The notes under the pieces: model-generated | Seen by the model: the letters and a program-made list of their open reading frames with translations, nothing else | Database searches by the model: none | Told to the model about the DNA's origin: nothing | Assembly (NCBI GenBank): GCA_016840165.1 | Contig: JAEOSU010000038.1 | Coordinates: 25,816 to 89,815, forward strand | Direction of reading: 5' to 3' | Length of the DNA: 64,000 bases | Source of the DNA: Promethearchaeota archaeon | GTDB lineage: Archaea; Asgardarchaeota; Lokiarchaeia; Sigyniarchaeales; SOKP01 | Position numbers and translations under genes: made by a program | In this document: positions 10,363 to 18,489 of the stretch, in pieces | Layout of the letters: each line of letters opens with the position of its first letter | Numbering within the stretch: the stretch's first letter is position 1

Positions 10363-11787
10363 TTGAGGTTGAAAAAAGAGAATCTTAAAAAGATAAAGAT
10401 CTTATTTCTTCTCGGCGCAATTGTTTCGTTTGTATTATTATCTACATTCTTTATTGTATATACGCTAAATGTTAAAGAAATTTCTGAATTTTATGAAGTT
10501 TCTAGCAATCATTTAGAAATTACTGATATCCATATTAACAATCATTTAGGCATGGGCGATGTTAGCATTGAACAATCAATTAAAAACCCAAATAACGTTT
10601 TTGAAGCAAATTGGAATATAAAATATAAGGGGATTTACATCCCGAGTGAAATAATTATCATCAATTATGAAGTGAATATGTCTATATTTAAGATTAATAT
10701 TTATGGTAATCTTAATGAACAATCTATTGATAGAGATATTGTATATTCGCATCTCTGTTTAAATATTAATCCTGATTATCAAGTTTATCACTTTCATAGT
10801 GATAGCAAAAAAGGTAATATCAAAATAAATACTCGCAATATCAATATAAGTACTATTGAAATTGAATCCAGTTCTGGAGATATTGATGTTCAATTAAATA
10901 ATAGCAATATTCTTGATGATTTTGGTATATCTACTGATTCGGGAATAATTAATTTAGTTTTGGATAATATAAATTTCAGCACTGATTTTTTCAGTATTTC
11001 AGATTCGGGTTATCAATATTTTAATTTTTGGAATCTCAAATTTTCTTCTGGAGCAGAGCTAAGAGCTATATCATCAACAGGTATGATTAAATTAAAATGG
11101 GCAAATCATTACTTAAAATCTCAAAATGTTAATATTGTCTTATATTCTAAGAATAACGTCGAATTTCGCTTCTGGTCCCCTATTCAAATCATGAGATTTG
11201 ACATAACACTAGTTTGTTATGGGTCAGGATCAACCCGTTTCACCGGAGTTCCCACTATTTTTACTGAAATAAGCCCAGATCATTATCAGTCTAAAAATAT
11301 TGGTGATTCTGAAGTAGATATGTTGACTATTAAAGCCATATCTTCTTATGGTGAAGCTTACGTAAGACATATTGATTGCTTCAAAATGAAACGATTTTGT
11401 GATTATGATGATATTAATCCATATGAAGAGGAATTACAAGGAAATTATGAAATACCGAAGAAAGATCATGATATTAACCAAATCGAGCTATTTAACATTA
11501 GATATATCTATTTAAATGAAACTAAAGCCTTAAAACTAAATCTGGATTATCTCCAGAATACTAGTAGTAATATTATCTATTTTAACTGGGATATAAAATA
11601 TATGAGAGGGTCTTCGTATGGGAAAGCTTATCTTAAAATAGATATATCAAATAAAACAGAAGGGAATGAACTAAAAGTTTATATTCGACTTGATTTTGAA
11701 CTAGATCGCATGTTACCTTACATAGTTGAGTCCAACTTCACCGTTCTAATTCATCCTGATTATAGTTTCAATAATTATACTATATGA
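10363..11787 (+). CDS. Membrane-anchored protein with DUF4097-like beta-strand repeats
   Basis: N-terminal TM; repeated S.sG.I.v units (SKKGNIKI, SSSGDIDV, TDSGIINL, SSTGMIKL). Confidence 0.65.
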   Translation: MRLKKENLKKIKILFLLGAIVSFVLLSTFFIVYTLNVKEISEFYEVSSNHLEITDIHINNHLGMGDVSIEQSIKNPNNVFEANWNIKYKGIYIPSEIIIINYEVNMSIFKINIYGNLNEQSIDRDIVYSHLCLNINPDYQVYHFHSDSKKGNIKINTRNINISTIEIESSSGDIDVQLNNSNILDDFGISTDSGIINLVLDNINFSTDFFSISDSGYQYFNFWNLKFSSGAELRAISSTGMIKLKWANHYLKSQNVNIVLYSKNNVEFRFWSPIQIMRFDITLVCYGSGSTRFTGVPTIFTEISPDHYQSKNIGDSEVDMLTIKAISSYGEAYVRHIDCFKMKRFCDYDDINPYEEELQGNYEIPKKDHDINQIELFNIRYIYLNETKALKLNLDYLQNTSSNIIYFNWDIKYMRGSSYGKAYLKIDISNKTEGNELKVYIRLDFELDRMLPYIVESNFTVLIHPDYSFNNYTI

Positions 11788-11808
11788 AATTAAACTTTGT
11801 ATTCAAAG

Positions 11809-12174
11809 CTACAAATAAAGATTTAATTTATCAATATCCTTTTTTATGTGGGATACTCTATGTTCTTGAATTTCCTCATTAGTCATACCTTGAATATCCT
11901 CCTCGATGTTTGGATTCTCCTCTTCATATGCCTCCTCTACCATCATACCATAACGTATCGAAAAAGCTACGAGTTCAGGGATTAGGGAGACCATTGCCTT
12001 AAAGCTGAAGATTCCGCTTAATCTACTTAAAATTTGGATCATCTCAGCAAAAGGATCAACATCCACATCAGGTTTTTTCATAATATCCATAATTCGCTTG
12101 AATAATACCTCATAAAAAAGTTCCAACTCTTCTTTATTTAGTCCGTACTCTTCTTCCTCTTCATTTTCCTCCAT
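11809..12174 (-). CDS. Hypothetical acidic helical protein
   Basis: ORF with ATG, in the same direction as upstream small ORFs. Confidence 0.6.
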   Translation of the reverse strand: MEENEEEEEYGLNKEELELFYEVLFKRIMDIMKKPDVDVDPFAEMIQILSRLSGIFSFKAMVSLIPELVAFSIRYGMMVEEAYEEENPNIEEDIQGMTNEEIQEHRVSHIKKDIDKLNLYL

Positions 12175-12283
12175 TTTAGCATCTCTCTAATTCATTAATG
12201 AATTGAATTTAAAAATATTTTGATATTAAAAATATAGCCTTAATAATATTTAAGAGAAGATGAATTCCTATATCAGTTCTAAT

Positions 12284-12502
12284 TCAACAAAGTGTGAGGA
12301 ATTCTTCTATTAAAATTGATTGATAAAGAGGGTCTCTTTCCTTAAATGGTATATCTTCAGTACCATCATATATATACTCAACTTCATGGTCAGCATGAAA
12401 AGGTTTGACAATTTCAGCGACTAAAGAATGAAAATATGGACCATTTTCTGTTAAATGTTCCAATCGATCCCTAAGATGCTCCTTCAATCGTCCTGAACTC
12501 AT
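12284..12502 (-). CDS. Small protein with IYDGTE motif (paralogue of 12523-12699)
   Basis: 72-aa ORF; shares IYDGTE-x-I-x-F-x2-R-x-P motif with neighbour. Confidence 0.65.
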   Translation of the reverse strand: MSSGRLKEHLRDRLEHLTENGPYFHSLVAEIVKPFHADHEVEYIYDGTEDIPFKERDPLYQSILIEEFLTLC

Positions 12503-12522
12503 TTTCTTACTCGATCCTGTTA

Positions 12523-12699
12523 TTATTTTTGACTAATTCTTTTATGGTACGTTCGAATAACATCTTCGAATTCTAATTTCATTAAGGCTTTAAAAATAGG
12601 GTGGCGACTGTTAAATCGAATTAACTCTGTCCCATCATAAATATCAGGTTTTTTTATCTTATTTTGAGAGTTATCATTAAATTTGTGCTGAACAATCAT
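12523..12699 (-). CDS. 58-aa small protein with IYDGTE motif, not in the ORF track
   Basis: Hand translation MIVQHKFNDNSQNKIKKPDIYDGTELIRFNSRHPIFKALMKLEFEDVIRTYHKRISQK*; ATG 4 nt after the stop of 12704-13147. Confidence 0.65.
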   Translation of the reverse strand: MIVQHKFNDNSQNKIKKPDIYDGTELIRFNSRHPIFKALMKLEFEDVIRTYHKRISQK

Positions 12700-12703
12700 T
12701 ATC

Positions 12704-13147
12704 TTATTCTTTGTATATCCTATCCCCTTTATATTTTAAATTCAAGCCCGATTTTTGAATCTTATCTCCTTGTGTAAAGAGTAAATACTTAACAGCCTTA
12801 ACATTAATTTTTAAATGTTCGGCCAAATCTTTTAAACTAATGTCATCGACCAATTGAAAAACCTGAGGTAATTTATCAATAATTTCTTTGATGTTACCTA
12901 TCATTGACGCCAAAGCTATTTCTTGAGTGATAATTTTCACATCAACTCCATAATTATCTTTTAATTTCTCGGAGTTATTTTCGATCCAATCATGGATTAC
13001 TAATCTTGTAGCTTCTGATAAGGGAATATTTCTATTATTAGACATATTGCTAATAACATTGTAATCGAATTCATCCAAACTCACTGTAATTCTGTCCATT
13101 TTTGGTTTCTTCCGTTCGTTCTCCTCATTACCACTATTTGATGACAT
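12704..13147 (-). CDS. Ribbon-helix-helix (CopG-like) protein with C-terminal winged-helix
   Basis: RITVSLDE...IPLSEATRLVIHDWI (RHH); ISLKDLAEHLKINVKAV (HTH) + beta wing. Confidence 0.7.
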   Translation of the reverse strand: MSSNSGNEENERKKPKMDRITVSLDEFDYNVISNMSNNRNIPLSEATRLVIHDWIENNSEKLKDNYGVDVKIITQEIALASMIGNIKEIIDKLPQVFQLVDDISLKDLAEHLKINVKAVKYLLFTQGDKIQKSGLNLKYKGDRIYKE

Positions 13148-13210
13148 TTTTAGATCGACAAAAATACAGAGTTACTTAGGAGAAGATCATTAGAGTATTT
13201 AAACGTTTGC

Positions 13211-13222
13211 ATAAGGGATCAT
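13211..13222. promoter_or_regulatory. 12-bp motif ATAAGGGATCAT in divergent promoter, copy 1
   Basis: Exact second copy at 15699-15710; further GATCA words nearby. Confidence 0.4.
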
Positions 13223-13324
13223 AAGATGATCACGGAGTGCAACATTTAAATATAAGTTATGTCATATTGATATTATATTAATATCATCCATATATCACTT
13301 GGTCAAAAAAGAAAGAAAATATGC

Positions 13325-13975
13325 GTGATTGAGATGCTTGAACTTTATTCTCCGAATTTTGAATTATTAAATACTAAAGAGCGGGTTACAATGGATTTAA
13401 TTAAACAAGGAAAGGAATATTTGGAGCAGTTTGATGTAAATCCGGACTTAATGTTGGATACATACTCATTAGTATATAGATATTTAAGAAAAACAGGTAA
13501 AATCCCACACAATCTCTACAAATTTTTCATAGCGGCATATTACATAGTATCCCGCCATCCTTTTGCGTTTCCTGCCCACCAATCGAAAGCTGAATTTAGT
13601 AATCAATTCGATCTTCCTGTAAGCTCACTTGAGTATAGTGTTGGCAAAATTACTACAACTTTTAATTATATTTGTATCTTAGATGATATGAATTATCCAT
13701 ACTTCATTGATCCTAAACGTGATTTAAGTTTAAAATTCATAAAATCTATAGTAAGATCGAAAGTAGATAAGAAAATGATGCAGTTTTTGCTATATGAAAA
13801 GCCAATCAATTCTCAAATTCTTACTGAAGAGTTAGTTTCTGAGATACTTTTTGAACACAAAGCTTTTCCTGATGAACTGATGCGTCAATTATATGAGATT
13901 GTTTTTGAGTTAGTGGAAAATGAATTCAAAGATTATAATGAGTACGTTTCGCTACAAAAGAAAGTTTTTATTTAA
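13325..13975 (+). CDS. TFIIB/cyclin-fold protein without zinc ribbon
   Basis: FIAAYYIVSR...QSKAEFSNQFDLPVSSLEYSVGKI resembles the TFIIB repeat (AAxxYIxxR...R/TxxEIAxxFxVxxxxI). Confidence 0.55.
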   Translation: MIEMLELYSPNFELLNTKERVTMDLIKQGKEYLEQFDVNPDLMLDTYSLVYRYLRKTGKIPHNLYKFFIAAYYIVSRHPFAFPAHQSKAEFSNQFDLPVSSLEYSVGKITTTFNYICILDDMNYPYFIDPKRDLSLKFIKSIVRSKVDKKMMQFLLYEKPINSQILTEELVSEILFEHKAFPDELMRQLYEIVFELVENEFKDYNEYVSLQKKVFI

Positions 13976-14064
13976 TTATTTAACTTCTTTTTTCTACTAT
14001 TTCTATCTCTCAAATTTTTAAAATTAGTCTTATAAAAGAAAAAAATAAGAAAAGAATCTCTAAA

Positions 14065-15048
14065 TTAAAGTCTTATGAGATGTATGAAGAGATTAGAAAA
14101 TCGATCAAATATAATTCTTTCTCGATATTTGGACGATAAAGCAATATCATAATTGAAAGCTTTAAGTTCTTTTTCATAATTGTTATCCCATTCGTGAAGT
14201 GCCAAGATAACATTAAGTACTTGCTTTTGTAAATTCACAGGAACGGAGAATTCATGAAAATGTAAGAAAGGGCTAACTTTATTTATTTTATTTGCATTTC
14301 GAGGGAGCCATCTAAATTCACTAATTTTTGAATGAGCATTTTTTCCAGGTTTATTGAACCGAGAGCATAACCGATTAGTAGAAAGAGTTATTCCAAGAAG
14401 TTCAGGAGAATGATATCTTTTCTTTCTAAGTGAAAAGTGAAAATCAAACAAGATATAAATATTTTCTTTAATCTTTATTACATATTTATCATTTACACCA
14501 ATCCAGATGATGGGTAGTACTAAGCTAAAGATAAGGTAACCAATCATTAGATTTCGAACAACAATACTATAAATACTATTATCAAAAACGAAAACCTCTA
14601 AATCAGTATAAATCATAAAAACAACAGATAGACTATTTAATAATACAAATAAGAGCCCACTGGTATACTTCTTTTGAAATTCATACCCCATATAATTTAA
14701 TTCTTCTTTAATGTAATTTATCAGGGATGGTGTAAATTTTACTCGAAGATGGTTTATTAAATAGAAAATTAAAAAGATCGAAGCGCTAAATAAAACCCAT
14801 CCAATTGTTAAATTTAAATTAATAGAATATGGGCGATAATTTGCAATTTGAAGATAGTTGAGAAATACTATTCTTGGTTGTAAATCTAGGATTACGTACC
14901 CAATTAAAATTAATAAAATTAAGCTAATTAAGCCACTTGCCTTTATTGATTTGATCAAGAACTCTCTTTTGAGTAATCTAATTGATTTTGAAATATTCTT
15001 CTCATCTTCAAAATTTAAATCTGAATTTTTCTTGAAAAAACGTTTCAT
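14065..15048 (-). CDS. Membrane protein (4 TM) with C-terminal soluble domain
   Basis: Likely start ATG at 15048 after GGAGG, overlapping the upstream stop (ATGA). Confidence 0.65.
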   Translation of the reverse strand: MKRFFKKNSDLNFEDEKNISKSIRLLKREFLIKSIKASGLISLILLILIGYVILDLQPRIVFLNYLQIANYRPYSINLNLTIGWVLFSASIFLIFYLINHLRVKFTPSLINYIKEELNYMGYEFQKKYTSGLLFVLLNSLSVVFMIYTDLEVFVFDNSIYSIVVRNLMIGYLIFSLVLPIIWIGVNDKYVIKIKENIYILFDFHFSLRKKRYHSPELLGITLSTNRLCSRFNKPGKNAHSKISEFRWLPRNANKINKVSPFLHFHEFSVPVNLQKQVLNVILALHEWDNNYEKELKAFNYDIALSSKYRERIIFDRFSNLFIHLIRL

Positions 15049-15509
15049 TCCTCCAACCTCCATCCTTTTGTTTTTTTTAAACCTTCTAGCGGAGTTTCCC
15101 AATAACTCTGGACGATTTCTCTAAATAGAGTCAAATCTGGGTTATCATCCTCATTTAATTTTATAATATGAAATTTTGAAGTTTTCTTCTCGATGGTGAT
15201 ATAATTTTCATTTTCTAAGTATTCAAAGGCATGCCATAATTTGTCTAATCTATCGATATTTAAACTGTTCTTTATATCGGTTTTATTTACTACGGCATCC
15301 GGTGTAGTTAATTTCGCGATACTCATCATTACTTGACCTCCTCTTAAAGAGGCAATATTCGTTAATTTGTCAAAAATTATACAAACTTTTTCCATGAACG
15401 AATTAAGTTCATTATAAAAGTCTAATTTGGTGGTACCATTTAGCTCCAGTTTTTTTTTGAAATCATCTAATTCGTATTTTTTTACAAAATCTTGAAATAA
15501 ATTAATCAT
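15045..15509 (-). CDS. Winged-helix DNA-binding protein
   Basis: VVNKTDIKNSLNIDRLDKLWHAFEYLENENYITIEKK...IIKLN fits a wHTH pattern. Confidence 0.6.
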   Translation of the reverse strand: MINLFQDFVKKYELDDFKKKLELNGTTKLDFYNELNSFMEKVCIIFDKLTNIASLRGGQVMMSIAKLTTPDAVVNKTDIKNSLNIDRLDKLWHAFEYLENENYITIEKKTSKFHIIKLNEDDNPDLTLFREIVQSYWETPLEGLKKTKGWRLEE

Positions 15510-15624
15510 TATGATTAACTAATAGTTAAGCTTTTATAAAAAAAATACTACTATTTGAAATATTTTATTCTCACTTTAATAGTAGTCTGTCTAATTGTGT
15601 GTTAAGCTTCACAGTTTATGCGTC

Positions 15625-15651
15625 TTCTTATACGGATAATCCGTATAAGAA
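15625..15651. promoter_or_regulatory. Inverted repeat TTCTTATACGGAT-A-ATCCGTATAAGAA, putative operator
   Basis: Perfect 13-bp arms, 1-nt spacer, between two divergent wHTH genes. Confidence 0.65.
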
Positions 15652-15698
15652 TACAGTTTTTTCTTAATTCAATACGAATCATGCTCATTATCACTTAT

Positions 15699-15710
15699 AT
15701 AAGGGATCAT
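15699..15710. promoter_or_regulatory. 12-bp motif ATAAGGGATCAT, copy 2
   Basis: Exact match to 13211-13222. Confidence 0.4.
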
Positions 15711-15793
15711 CTAACTACTAAACAATATTGTAGAAAATTTGGATGTCTCTCTAAAAGTAAAAAATGGTGCGATAAACTATTACAGAAAAAGTT

Positions 15794-15991
15794 TTGTTTA
15801 AGACGTTTGAGCAAATCTGTTTAGATAAACTAAAAGAAATAGGAATATCTACTGCCTCAGAATGGTGTAAGGCCATGGGCTACATGCATCGCGGGTCACT
15901 TGCAAAAATTATCAGAAGGATCAAGCAAAACTCTCCGGAAAAACTCAAGATATATAATGGCAAAAAGCCAAGACGATATGAAGCAGTATAA
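15794..15991 (+). CDS. Small winged-helix protein (Z-alpha/Fox-like topology)
   Basis: 65 aa; LKEIGISTASEWCKAMGY..RGSLAKIIRRI...KKPRRY. Confidence 0.6.
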   Translation: MFKTFEQICLDKLKEIGISTASEWCKAMGYMHRGSLAKIIRRIKQNSPEKLKIYNGKKPRRYEAV

Positions 15992-15995
15992 ATCT

Positions 15996-16838
15996 CTATA
16001 TATTTAATTTTTCATCATATAAATCGCGATCAATAATCAATGAGTTAATCTTTGAAAAAAGACCTAAGATTAAACTCATCTCTTTTTTTGTCATCAAAGC
16101 TCGTTCTAATACATTCCTAAATGCGAAATAAACGCTTTTTTGTTTGTAATTACGTATTTTAAGGGTTCTAATAACATTGTCAATAATTTTGAGTAATAAT
16201 TTTCGCTCTTCTCTTTCTGCTAATAATACTGGATGCTTGCCTCTTCCAATGTTTAAATTATGAGTCGTTTTAAATACCTCATATAACACTATAGCACAAG
16301 CATGGGATATATTTAATGTGGGATACAAATTGTAAGTGGGAATCCGTAAGATGATGTCTGAAAAGCTTATCTCTTCATTTGTTAGTCCACGAGATTCTTT
16401 ACCGAATAATATTGCGATTTTTAGATTTTTTTTGGAGATTGGTAGTTCTAAATGTTCTGGAAATATAGCACTTCGCTTAATATTGGTATATCTTTTGCCT
16501 TTAGCCGTTGTCGCAATAATTAAATCAAATTGGTTCATTAGTTTTTCAAGTTCTTTAAGATGGTGCTGTTCATTTTCAAGCTGAATAACCTTAGCATTAA
16601 TAAGTATCTGTTTTCCATGCATTGCAAATCCTTGAGTTTCATAGCTAAAAATTTTCTCTATCTTCTCAATAGGGTTAAATATTATCAGATTTTGAAAATT
16701 AAAGTTCACCATTACACGAGCAATGGAACCAATATTTCCAGAATGTTCTGGTTGAACTAAAATAATACTAAATTGGAGATTTTCATATTCTTTTGCTAGT
16801 GTTGTTTCCTTAAAAGCATCTAAGTCTATATCTTTCAT
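15996..16838 (-). CDS. trmJ: tRNA (cytidine/uridine-2'-O)-methyltransferase, TrmJ family (SPOUT)
   Basis: ILVQPEHSGNIGSIARVM.NF, LFGKESRGLTNEE, IPT...YPTLNISHA. Confidence 0.88.
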   Translation of the reverse strand: MKDIDLDAFKETTLAKEYENLQFSIILVQPEHSGNIGSIARVMVNFNFQNLIIFNPIEKIEKIFSYETQGFAMHGKQILINAKVIQLENEQHHLKELEKLMNQFDLIIATTAKGKRYTNIKRSAIFPEHLELPISKKNLKIAILFGKESRGLTNEEISFSDIILRIPTYNLYPTLNISHACAIVLYEVFKTTHNLNIGRGKHPVLLAEREERKLLLKIIDNVIRTLKIRNYKQKSVYFAFRNVLERALMTKKEMSLILGLFSKINSLIIDRDLYDEKLNI

Positions 16839-16953
16839 TTTTTACACCAAAAGAGCTATTATTTTAGTAATTCACTCTATAAATAGCAAATTTTATGGAT
16901 GATAAAAATGTTTTTAATAGAACTTAGTAAAGAAAAAATAAAATAAAAATTAT

Positions 16954-18360
16954 TTAGTTAGAATTAATCTTGTTCCTTTTTTCATTGTGTAATGTTTCGA
17001 TATCGATTTTGATTTGTTCATATTTTTCTTTATTAATTGGAAATTTAAGTATCGCTATAATTCCTATACCAAGAGCAATCGCAGGAAATACGAATATAAG
17101 TATCTTTAAACCTATTTCAACGCCTAATATGCCCGTAGGATCCAAAGAAAACACTTTCCATCCAGTAGTTCTAAATACTAAATTAATCGTAAGAATTACT
17201 AAAATGGTAGATAGTTTCGTGATTAAAGCATTTATACCGTAAAATCCACCTTCTCGTCTTGTTTTAGTTAATAACTCATCTTGATCAATAATGGCTCCTA
17301 ATACAATATCGCCAAACAACAACGCTCCCGAGAGTCCAATACCTACTAGGAAAAAGATTAAAAATGCTATTTCCATACTGTTTATGAGTGTTAAAGGGAA
17401 AAGTGTAATAATAAAAACAGCAAAAGACAACATATAGCCTTTTTTCATACCAACTTTTAACGCGATAAATCGCCAGAGGATCATAAAAATGGCTGCAGAA
17501 ATGAAGGTAAATCCCAATAATAAACCCAATAACATTGATTCTTCTTCAGGTATATGTAATACAAAACTCCCATATAACGGAACAATCATCGGAAGCATAC
17601 CAATTACATACCAGTATGCTAAATTAGCCACAATAAAATACCGAAAGGATCTGTTTTTAATTGATATTTTTAAAGAATTTAAGAAAGATGGAGCTGTTTC
17701 GTAATCTTTTGAAAATTCCTTTTTTTCTTTAATTCCAAAAAAAATTAGCAAAATGACGCCAATGAACATTACAATCATCATTATGATAGCCGCAAAGCTA
17801 TAGTTCGAAAAATTATTTGGATCATCTAGTTTTCCTATAAGAAAAGGAGGAATAACAGATGCAACAATCAATCCAAGAACGGTAAATATTTGTTTAATCG
17901 CATTTGCTTTTGAACGCTCATTTAGATCTTTAAACATCTCCGGAAATAACGATGCATAATTTAAGTCATAGGTTGTATAAGAAATATCGAATAAAATAAC
18001 CATGATAATAAGATAAATAAACGAGAGTGGTAAAGAACTTGCTGGTGGAGTAAATAGAAACACAATGATTAGACATAAAGGAATTAATGCTAATATGATA
18101 TATGGTTTTCTTCTCCCAAATCTACTTTTTGTCCGATCTGATAACGCTCCCATCATTGGATCATTGAAAGAATTCCATAGTGACCAAATTATAAACGCTA
18201 TAGTAATAAAATCAACATCTATACCAACCACAGCAAAGTAAAAAGTAAAGACATACATATTAAACATCTGGATAACAATAGTATCTGAAAATTGTCCAAT
18301 ACCATATCCTACTGCCTTTTTTGTTGAATACGAATCTCTTTTCTTATCCATCATTTTCAT
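16954..18360 (-). CDS. MFS transporter, GPH (MelB-like) family
   Basis: NDPMMGALSDRTKSRFGRRKPY; IDQDEL.TKTRREG. Confidence 0.9.
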   Translation of the reverse strand: MKMMDKKRDSYSTKKAVGYGIGQFSDTIVIQMFNMYVFTFYFAVVGIDVDFITIAFIIWSLWNSFNDPMMGALSDRTKSRFGRRKPYIILALIPLCLIIVFLFTPPASSLPLSFIYLIIMVILFDISYTTYDLNYASLFPEMFKDLNERSKANAIKQIFTVLGLIVASVIPPFLIGKLDDPNNFSNYSFAAIIMMIVMFIGVILLIFFGIKEKKEFSKDYETAPSFLNSLKISIKNRSFRYFIVANLAYWYVIGMLPMIVPLYGSFVLHIPEEESMLLGLLLGFTFISAAIFMILWRFIALKVGMKKGYMLSFAVFIITLFPLTLINSMEIAFLIFFLVGIGLSGALLFGDIVLGAIIDQDELLTKTRREGGFYGINALITKLSTILVILTINLVFRTTGWKVFSLDPTGILGVEIGLKILIFVFPAIALGIGIIAILKFPINKEKYEQIKIDIETLHNEKRNKINSN

Positions 18361-18489
18361 TCAGTTTATCTAAAGATTAAATTTAATATTAAGTTGAATA
18401 AAGGTTTATTTATAGCTTTAGCAAATATATATTCAAATTAAATCAATAATTTAGATTTATACACAAAACTGTTAAATTTTGATGAGTTT

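Noticed and set aside
15618-15824. 68-aa plus-strand ORF
   Set aside because: It spans the palindrome and promoter region, overlaps the better-supported 15794 ORF, and has no recognisable motif.
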